DNA of 64,000 nt from a bacterium. GTDB lineage: Bacteria; Vulcanimicrobiota; Xenobia; Xenobiales; Xenobiaceae. Location of the stretch: NCBI GenBank assembly GCA_030535355.1, contig JAUNIO010000011.1, positions 399 to 64,398 of the forward strand, read 5' to 3'. The notes under the pieces are model-generated. The model saw only the letters and a list, made by a program, of their open reading frames with translations, had not been told where the DNA came from and made no database searches. Positions 9,501 to 16,316 of the stretch are shown here, in pieces (within the stretch, counting starts at the first letter, position 1; every line of letters begins with the position of its first letter). The position numbers and the translations under genes were made by a program.

Positions 9501-12500
9501 GCAGACATTAAGCTGCGCTCAGCCTGCATTACCCACGAGTACCGCCGCGGCAAATTGGTGGACATAGAAGAGGATATTCAGGAACAAAACCTCAAGAGCA
9601 CAGATAAGCCTATTCAGGCAGAGATTACTCCTAAGCAGGGCGGGCACTACCGCATCACCGCAGAAGTGCGCGACGCTAAAGGACGCCGCAACCGCACCCA
9701 GCTGGTTATTTGGGTGGCCGGCGGTACCCAAGTCAAGAGCCGCAAAGTCGAGCAGGAAAAAATCGAGCTAGTCCCCGACAAAAAAGAATACAAGATCGGC
9801 GACACTGCGGAAATACTGGTAGTATCTCCCTTCGCTCCCGCTGAAGGTATTTACACCCTGAACCGCTCTGGGGTGGTGAGCAGCCAGCGCTTCACGATGG
9901 AGAGCAGTTCCTATACCATCAAAGTTCCCATCAAAGAGGAGTACCTGCCCAATCTGCACCTGCAGGTGGAACTCCTGGGCAAACAGCCCCGCATTAACGA
10001 CGACGGTACTCCCGCCAAAGACATCGAGGCCCGCCCCGCTTTCGCTTCAGGTCACATTAACCTTTCTATTCCTCCCTTTGAGCGCACCCTCAAGCTTGAG
10101 GTTAAGCCGCACAGCTCCCAGCTGGCCCCCGGTTCCGAAACTTCAGTTGAAGTTACTCTCAAGGACAGCCAGGGCAATCCAGTCAGCGACAGCGAAGTGG
10201 CCTTGGTAGCCGTCGATGAAGCGGTACTGGCGTTGATCGGCTATCAGATTCCCAAGCCTATCAGCTCGTTCTACAGCACGCGCAGCAGCCAATTCAACAG
10301 CAAAGACCTGCGCTCTTTGGTGCAGCTGGCCGATCCCAGCGCCTTAAAACCCGCCGAAGCTCCCCGGAACGAAGAGCTGCAAATGGTTGAGGACGGAGTC
10401 TGCTACGAATCATCCGCGATGATGAACACTCCCATGATGAATTCCATGGCTGCAGGCGCAATGCCCCGCGGGGCTGTGATGAAGTCCATGGCCCCCATGG
10501 GCATGGCCCAAGCGAGCGCCAAAGCCGCACCCAAGAGCGACGGCCCGGCTATCGCTCTGCGCAGCAATTTTAATCCTCAGGCTCTATGGGCCGCCTCTGT
10601 GCACACTGACGCCCAGGGATGCGCCAAAGTCTCCTTTAAGCTGCCCGACAACCTGACCCGCTACCGCATCACCGCCGTCGCCGCTGACCGCAACCATAAA
10701 TTTGGCTACGGGGAAAGCTCGCTGACCGCCTGCCTGCCCGTGATGGTGCGCCCTTCCCTCCCCCGCTTCCTCAATTTCGGCGACAGCGTCGAGCTGCCGG
10801 TACTGGTACAGAATCAAACCGACAAAGCGGTAACTATCAATATCGCTGCCAGAGCGCAGAATTTGACCATCGCCGAACCGATAGGTAAGACCTTCACCAT
10901 TCCCGCCAACGACCGCCGCGAAGTGCGCTTTGCCGCCAAAACTCAAGAAGCAGGCAAGGCCAAAGTGCAGTTCGCTATCACTAACGGTAACTACAGCGAC
11001 GCCGCCGAGGTGACCATCCCCGTCTGGACGCCCTGCACCAGCGAAGCTTTCGCCACTTACGGACAGATCGACAAAGGCGCCATTAAGCAGCCCGTCAGCT
11101 ACCCTAAAGATGTCTGGCCGCAGTTCGGCAATCTGGAGATCACCACTTCATCCACCGCGGTGCAGGAACTGACCGATGCCTTCATCTCTCTGCAGACCTA
11201 TCCGTTCTCCTGCACGGAGCAGATATCGTCGCGCATTATGACCGCCATCGCTCTCAAAGACGTTCTAACCGCTTTCAAAGCTGAAGGAATGCCCAGCCCG
11301 AATGAAATGAAAGCCAAGCAGGAAGAAGATATTAAAATCCTGCTGCAGCGCCAGGAGCGCAACGGCGGCTTCCGCATGTGGGACGACAGCGAACGCGTCT
11401 ATCCCTACATGTCCCTCCACGCCACCCGGGCTTTGCTTTACGCCCAGTCGGCTGGCTACGGCAATAATAGCCAAGTCAGCAAAGCTATCGAAAATGCTCT
11501 GCATTACGTAAAGGATATAGAAAGCTACATCAATGATCGCTTGTACACCGAGCGCGAGCGCCGCTTCCTGCGCGCCTACGCCGTGGATATTCTGCGCGAA
11601 GCCAAGCAGGCTGACCCTTCCAAAGCTAAAGACATCGTCAGCGGTTTTAAGATCAGCGACATGTCTCTAGACACACTCGGCTTCCTGATCCCCACCCTGT
11701 CCGATGCCGCCGCCAGCGGCGATGCGCAGGCCAAGGACATCATGGCCGAGATACGGCGTCTGCTGAGCAACCGCGTCAGCGAAACCGCCGGGGCCGCTAA
11801 TTTTACCGACTCCTACAGCGACAGCAATTACCTGCTCCTGGGTTCCGATCGCCGCACCGACGGTATCCTGCTGCGGGCTATGATTATCGACCAGCCCAAG
11901 AGCGATCTCATTCCCAAGTTGGTGCGCGGACTGCTGGCTCACCGCAAACGCGGGGCCTGGGGCAACACCCAGGAGAACGCGTTCATCTTGATCGCCCTCA
12001 ACGATTACTTTAATACCTACGAAAAAGTCACCCCCAACTTCGTGGCCAACATTTGGCTGGGCAGCGATTATGCCGGTAAGCACGCCTACAAAGGGCGCAC
12101 TACCGAATACCAGGAGACCAAAGTCCCCATGAGCTATCTGGCTGCCCATCCCCAGACCGATCTGGTCATGGCCAAAGAGGGCGAGGGACGGCTCTACTAT
12201 CGCTTAGGTCTGAAATACGCGCCCAAGAGTCTAAAACTGGAACCCTTCGACTGCGGCTTTGAAGTGGTGCGCACTTATGAAGGCGCGGACAACCCTGATG
12301 ACGTTAAGCGTTTAAAGGACGGCAGCTGGCAGTTTAAACTGGGCAGCCGCATCAGATGCAAGACCACCATGGTGGCACCCAGCCGCCGTTACCACGTGGC
12401 TCTGATCAACCCTCTGCCCGCTGGTATTGAATCGCTCAATCCCGCGCTGAAGGTTACTGAAGCGCTACCGAAAGAAGAACAGCCCAAGCGCGACACTCCG

Positions 12501-12719
12501 TTCTGGTGGTGGTGGGGCCCATGGTACGAGCACTCCAACCTGCGCGACGAGCGGGCCGAAGCGTTCGCCACTTACGTACCCAGCGGTGTCTATGAGTATA
12601 ACTTCATAGCCCGCGCCACCACGCCGGGAACCTTTATCGTTCCACCCGCCAAGGCTGAGGAGATGTACAGCCCCGAAGTCTTTGGCCGCAGCGCCAGCGA
12701 TGTGGTCATAGTCAAATAG
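6600..12719 (+). CDS. Bacterial alpha-2-macroglobulin family lipoprotein
   Basis: 2039 aa; lipobox-like 'LVAC'; 'SDRGIYKP', 'AVDEAVL', 'LPDNLTRYR', 'PRFLNFGD', thioester 'CTEQ', 'WGNTQEN', 'AEEMYSPEVFGRS'. Confidence 0.93.
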   Translation: MSKIHIALLLAILASLIGLVACDHNAQARPRPGKKGELHVANTKQATLSLELSSGQASGEALSAQPVAQTAPLDSASAQTLLKRLPALPDEAGLKKDFAKRAETIPAPRTGETVSVPFPAPEDLKPPAPPQDKDIDPGKLSVLRFAPEGSVPLAPQVSVTFSHPMVALDSQSGAAQNVPVRLEPQPEGSWRWMGTKTIVFEAKGQRLPMATKYKVTIPKGCKSINGLVLDDEVSFEFETPALKLISASPSGSSNPLSPLVILSFNQDIDAQKILPFVIFEDAQGKSLAFHLASEKELKEDSRAQIIMKDKPSSRFLAFKPDSDLPKNHEIAIGIKNGAPSAEGPLTTSSPQTRSFHTYGPFRLDHAECGWRNEPAPPGTPWRIYFTNNVDDDSFDPSAQITVTPELEGMRVSCSGSCITISGNSKGRTTYKVTFDRSLGDIFGQDLEKDASCSFEMGSAIPSIQTVGGNLVVLDPHGPRTYSLYTINQPKLKVEVYKVQPEDYPQFLKWRSEQLNWRVRTGREKNKEVQPGQKVFADTIKTDKIKDAFVETRLDLSKALNSDGLGHAYVVIKPMAKDNDSEIITWIQATRLGLSAYADSSELTAWATELSTGKPLTDVTIDNVKTDSQGLLKTSKRFQDGLLIAKRGEDSAFLPSINSLFSAKEDNRFKWHTFSDRGIYKPKEKANFKGWLREMTAGPTGDIVPALPKVQSITWSVKDPRGNEFAKGQSELTPYGGFDIDITIPDNVNLGKAHLKVTAVLSDEKANQAAQGRFSTINASTELAFDIQEFRTPEFEVQTKNEQSVSILGDTSKVSAVAKYYAGGFLPRAKARWNVSAIPSGYSPAGWDKFIFGTWRPWWDCYWMDSERSEAVTANFEGVTDASGKHTLSLEFISSNEEDRAPLSPTSVSVSAAVTDLNEQTWSSKTNLLVHPAELYVGLKPARQFVESKVPIHLEAIVTNIDGKAQSGADIKLRSACITHEYRRGKLVDIEEDIQEQNLKSTDKPIQAEITPKQGGHYRITAEVRDAKGRRNRTQLVIWVAGGTQVKSRKVEQEKIELVPDKKEYKIGDTAEILVVSPFAPAEGIYTLNRSGVVSSQRFTMESSSYTIKVPIKEEYLPNLHLQVELLGKQPRINDDGTPAKDIEARPAFASGHINLSIPPFERTLKLEVKPHSSQLAPGSETSVEVTLKDSQGNPVSDSEVALVAVDEAVLALIGYQIPKPISSFYSTRSSQFNSKDLRSLVQLADPSALKPAEAPRNEELQMVEDGVCYESSAMMNTPMMNSMAAGAMPRGAVMKSMAPMGMAQASAKAAPKSDGPAIALRSNFNPQALWAASVHTDAQGCAKVSFKLPDNLTRYRITAVAADRNHKFGYGESSLTACLPVMVRPSLPRFLNFGDSVELPVLVQNQTDKAVTINIAARAQNLTIAEPIGKTFTIPANDRREVRFAAKTQEAGKAKVQFAITNGNYSDAAEVTIPVWTPCTSEAFATYGQIDKGAIKQPVSYPKDVWPQFGNLEITTSSTAVQELTDAFISLQTYPFSCTEQISSRIMTAIALKDVLTAFKAEGMPSPNEMKAKQEEDIKILLQRQERNGGFRMWDDSERVYPYMSLHATRALLYAQSAGYGNNSQVSKAIENALHYVKDIESYINDRLYTERERRFLRAYAVDILREAKQADPSKAKDIVSGFKISDMSLDTLGFLIPTLSDAAASGDAQAKDIMAEIRRLLSNRVSETAGAANFTDSYSDSNYLLLGSDRRTDGILLRAMIIDQPKSDLIPKLVRGLLAHRKRGAWGNTQENAFILIALNDYFNTYEKVTPNFVANIWLGSDYAGKHAYKGRTTEYQETKVPMSYLAAHPQTDLVMAKEGEGRLYYRLGLKYAPKSLKLEPFDCGFEVVRTYEGADNPDDVKRLKDGSWQFKLGSRIRCKTTMVAPSRRYHVALINPLPAGIESLNPALKVTEALPKEEQPKRDTPFWWWWGPWYEHSNLRDERAEAFATYVPSGVYEYNFIARATTPGTFIVPPAKAEEMYSPEVFGRSASDVVIVK

Positions 12720-12758
12720 CTGCTGCTTATAATTGAATAAGCCAGTTAAGCTCATCTG

Positions 12759-12794
12759 CAGCGCCGTCATCTCAGCTATGACGGCGCTGTTTTT
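12759..12794 (+). terminator. Intrinsic terminator of the A2M gene
   Basis: CAGCGCCGTCAT-loop-ATGACGGCGCTG followed by TTTTT. Confidence 0.8.
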
Positions 12795-12824
12795 ATGCCG
12801 TAAATTAAAGCTAAGGCAATATAG

Positions 12825-13251
12825 TTGGCGATCAGCTAATCTACCAACTATATTGCTCCCTCTAAAAGTTGCATTGTTATTAGTTAATGTTTCACGAACA
12901 AGTTATCGTTGCCCCGTCTTCCGCACTGGCTTTGCGGCAGTTCTGCTAAGCGTAGCATCTGAACGTAGCGAAGCAGCGTAGCGGGCAGAAGCTGACGCAA
13001 GAAAGCCAGTTGCTGAGGCTAAAGGAAGGAGTGATGCGCTTTATCTGTATGCTATATCTGTATGTACAGATGCTGCATTTTGTTTCGCTAAATAATATTA
13101 CTAAAGTGTGAATAGGGGAGATGGCGCAGCTGCGGCAGAAGGAGTGCCCAAAGCTGTAGGGAGGATCAGCTGTCAACCTGACAATTTAATTAGCTATAAC
13201 GCAAACATTAACGTGTCGCAAAACGCATCAACAAGGATATTTAACGGTTAC
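12825..13251 (+). repeat. Longest copy of a modular dispersed intergenic repeat (modules A-B-C-D)
   Basis: Segments recur at 6268-6328, 21823-22005(-), 24302-24334(-), 27125-27169(-), 32439-32547 and 33351-33494. Confidence 0.75.
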
Positions 13252-13421
13252 TATTTTTGAATTATAAAAAAATATCGTATAGTACATATATACTTTAATT
13301 AACACAGTTAAAACACAACTTCAATAAAATTTTAACAAAAAGCCAGAAACAAAACTCAGCAAGGACTAGAAAAATAATTATTTGACGTGATATATAGAGT
13401 ATTCAATGAGGAGGGACGCTT

Positions 13422-16079
13422 ATGAATTTTCTCAAAGGACTAGGATTAGGCAATATCAATCTGCCTAACATGGATGCACTGCTAAAGTCAGCTGGAGTCA
13501 ATTTCCAGAATATGCCCGGAATCAATGTTGACGCTTTGACTCAAGACAAAGTCGATTTCACCGAGCAGGCTGCCACGCTGACCCAGGCTGATGCCGCCGA
13601 TGCCCAAGATGCCAAAGACAGCAAAGAGACAGCGGAATCTTCTTCTACCCCCCGCAACGCCGCGACAGAGAACGCCAACGATTACAGCAAGTTTAAAGAA
13701 ACTTTCACTAAAGAAAACGTCGCTTCCCTTTTAGGATTGGACCCCAATAATCTCACCGAGCAGCAGAATAAAGACCTGACTGAGCTGCTTTACAACCTGA
13801 ACACCGCCAATGCCGAGCGCGAAAAAGAAGGCAAGCCGGCAATGACCAAAGATGAACTCAACGAGTTCCTCAACGACGAAATCACCAAATACGAAAATGG
13901 CGAGCAGTCTTCGCTGGGTAAATCATTGAAAGAATTGGGCGTGGAGAAGCTTTCCGACGAGCAGTTCAAGAAAATCAACGAAGCCTTAGACGCCTACAAC
14001 AAGGGCGAAGTCAAAAAAGAAGAAGAGGAGAAAGAACCCGAAAAAGCCAACGAAGCTGAGGGTGCCAATGAAGCTGGTGGCGCTGGCGGAGCCGGTGGCG
14101 CTGGAGGCGTTGGCGGAACCAACAATGTCAGCAATAAGACCCAGGAAGAGAAACTTCCCGACGACCTCAACGAACTCCAGGATATGAAAGCCAAGGAAGA
14201 GGGCGAACTGGGCGACATCAAAAACCAAATCGACGAGAAAAAAGGCCAGATCAACGACCGCCAAGAGCAGCTGATGAACGAGGCCTTGGACAAAGCTTCT
14301 ACTCTTGAGCAGAGAAAAGCCAAGAAAGATTACGAGGCGGCCAAAAATGACTATGACACCGCCAACAAGGCTAAGCGCACTGCGCAGACCGATTTGACCA
14401 GAGCTACCCAGGACCTCGCCGCTAACGAAAAGTCCCTCTACGACAACGCCAGCAAGAAAGCCCAGAACGCTTCCGATCTGAGCGCGGCCCAAAGCGAACT
14501 GGCCAGCCTGCAGAAGCCCACGCCTCCCAGCGGAGAAGATGCCGATCAGTCCGGCTATCAGGCGGAGCTTCAGGCTTACAATGATAAAAAGGCAGAGCTG
14601 GAAGGAAAAATCCGCGACTTAGAGTCCCAAAAGACCACGCTGGAAAACGAGTACAATTCCCTGGAGCAGAAGAAGGCCTCCTTGCAGCAGACCCAGACCG
14701 CTAAAGAGGCCGAGGTCAAGGATCAGGACACCAAGATGCAGCAAGCTCAGGGCAAAATGGATGAAGCCATGGAAGCTCTGAAAGAGTCCAGCCCGGAGCT
14801 CAAGGAAGCTATCGAGAACGACGAGCAGATCAAAACTCTGAAGTCAGAGATCGAAGAGCTGAATAAACAGGCCACCGAAAAACAGGAGCACATCGGCAAG
14901 ATCGACGCCAAGATCGCCGAGGTGGAAGCCCAGGATCAGAACGTTCAGGCTCTGCGCGAAGACGAAGCCGACCAGGCTTTCCAGAAAGCCGCTAAAGAAG
15001 CGGGTGCGGACATCGAAGGCTCCATTGCCCAGACCCAAAACGCTGTGGCTCAGGACAAGTACGGCAAAGCTTATGACGACCTCACCGAGGACGAAAAGCG
15101 CGCTATCGAGGTGGAAATCGACGGTCAAGTCACCACCGAGACCATGGAATGGGCCAAAGACAAGCTCAAAGACGATCCCAACAGCAAAGAAGCTAAAGCT
15201 GTTCTGGAAAAAGGTCAGAATAGCCTCGACGCCCAAAAGAGCGCGGCCTTCTGCAACATAACTCACGCTATCGACAGCATGCCCAGAACGATGCGCGACG
15301 GGGCCAGCGAAGCCATAGAAAAGGCCATTGAAGAAGCTGAAGCCAACGGGCAGGATGCCAACATAGCAGCCATGAACGCCCTGGCCAACTTCGTCAATGC
15401 CAATCAGGACAGCGGCGACCTCGATGACGAGGGACGCGCTGCCATGAAAGAGTTGGGGATCAAGACCGACGAGTACACCAGAACGCTGGAAAGAGACAAT
15501 GAGGGTTACAACCTCCTGGTCGAAAGCGGTTTGGCTGAAGCCGACGAGACCCGCAAAAATGCCAGTGCCGAAACCAGCGCAATCTTTGCCCAAATTAAGA
15601 GCGGCGCGAGATCGCAAAACATCTCCGCAATGATCGCCAGAATACAAGAGCTGCTGGGCAGCACGCCTTACAACAACGCTGCAGTTCTCAACGAGATTAC
15701 CGGCAAGAGCGGGCTCGACGTCCGTTCGCTGCCTTGGTGCGCAGCCTTTGCCATGGGTATGCTCAGAGATTTCGGTGTTTTGGATACTTCCTCTTGCTCC
15801 AACGTCAACTACTGCCCCACCATTTACAACTGGTCCCACGAGCAGGGTATTTGGCAGGATCGCGGCAACGGTTACGCGCCGCAGGTCGGTGACGGCATCC
15901 TCTTCGACTGGGATCACGACGGTTCATCGGACCACATCGGTATTGTCAGCGGATACGATCCCGAGACCGGCACCATTTACACCCTGGAAGGCAATTCCAG
16001 CAACTCCGTAGCCGCCAGAAGCTACAGCATGGGCAGCAATGACGTCATGGGATTCATGGATGTAGGCGCTCAGCAGTAA
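13422..16079 (+). CDS. Long coiled-coil protein with C-terminal CHAP (Cys/His peptidoglycan amidase/endopeptidase) domain, paralog 1
   Basis: E/K/Q/A-rich helical body; C-terminal 'PWCAAFA...GDGILFDWDHDGSSDHIGIV...TLEGNSS'; no hydrophobic signal peptide; RBS GAGGAGG. Confidence 0.85.
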   Translation: MNFLKGLGLGNINLPNMDALLKSAGVNFQNMPGINVDALTQDKVDFTEQAATLTQADAADAQDAKDSKETAESSSTPRNAATENANDYSKFKETFTKENVASLLGLDPNNLTEQQNKDLTELLYNLNTANAEREKEGKPAMTKDELNEFLNDEITKYENGEQSSLGKSLKELGVEKLSDEQFKKINEALDAYNKGEVKKEEEEKEPEKANEAEGANEAGGAGGAGGAGGVGGTNNVSNKTQEEKLPDDLNELQDMKAKEEGELGDIKNQIDEKKGQINDRQEQLMNEALDKASTLEQRKAKKDYEAAKNDYDTANKAKRTAQTDLTRATQDLAANEKSLYDNASKKAQNASDLSAAQSELASLQKPTPPSGEDADQSGYQAELQAYNDKKAELEGKIRDLESQKTTLENEYNSLEQKKASLQQTQTAKEAEVKDQDTKMQQAQGKMDEAMEALKESSPELKEAIENDEQIKTLKSEIEELNKQATEKQEHIGKIDAKIAEVEAQDQNVQALREDEADQAFQKAAKEAGADIEGSIAQTQNAVAQDKYGKAYDDLTEDEKRAIEVEIDGQVTTETMEWAKDKLKDDPNSKEAKAVLEKGQNSLDAQKSAAFCNITHAIDSMPRTMRDGASEAIEKAIEEAEANGQDANIAAMNALANFVNANQDSGDLDDEGRAAMKELGIKTDEYTRTLERDNEGYNLLVESGLAEADETRKNASAETSAIFAQIKSGARSQNISAMIARIQELLGSTPYNNAAVLNEITGKSGLDVRSLPWCAAFAMGMLRDFGVLDTSSCSNVNYCPTIYNWSHEQGIWQDRGNGYAPQVGDGILFDWDHDGSSDHIGIVSGYDPETGTIYTLEGNSSNSVAARSYSMGSNDVMGFMDVGAQQ

Positions 16080-16126
16080 GACGTAGGTATCGGGGCAAGC
16101 GAACTTTTGCAGCCCTTTAGTTAGAG

Positions 16127-16165
16127 AACAGCGCTGGTAGCTTCACAAATACCAGCGCTGTTTTT
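16127..16165 (+). terminator. Intrinsic terminator after CHAP paralog 1
   Basis: AACAGCGCTGGTA...TACCAGCGCTGTTTTT. Confidence 0.8.
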
Positions 16166-16316
16166 GTACGCTTTTCTAAATGACATTGGAAAGAACCAGG
16201 AACGGCAAAGAACAATCTAGTAAATAAGCTGAGCTGCGATAAATAATAATAAAATGCTATTAATTTTTGCAAATTTGTCGTGATAAGATATCAAAATATC
16301 TTTTGGAGGTAAGCTT

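Noticed and set aside
12733-13176. Short ORFs 12733-12981, 12946-13176 and 33430-33627
   Set aside because: They overlap a terminator and the non-coding repeat, have no RBS, and the frames are not kept between repeat copies.
13198-13251. Module D resembles a c-di-GMP-I riboswitch (GCAAAC...CGCAAAAC...GGTTAC)
   Set aside because: No P2 hairpin with a GNRA loop and no tetraloop receptor; the other copies do not keep those words.
14844-15917. 357-aa antisense ORF, and the 437-aa one at 17787-19100
   Set aside because: Shadow ORFs opposite the CHAP genes, explained by codon bias of the sense strand; no motifs or RBS seen.
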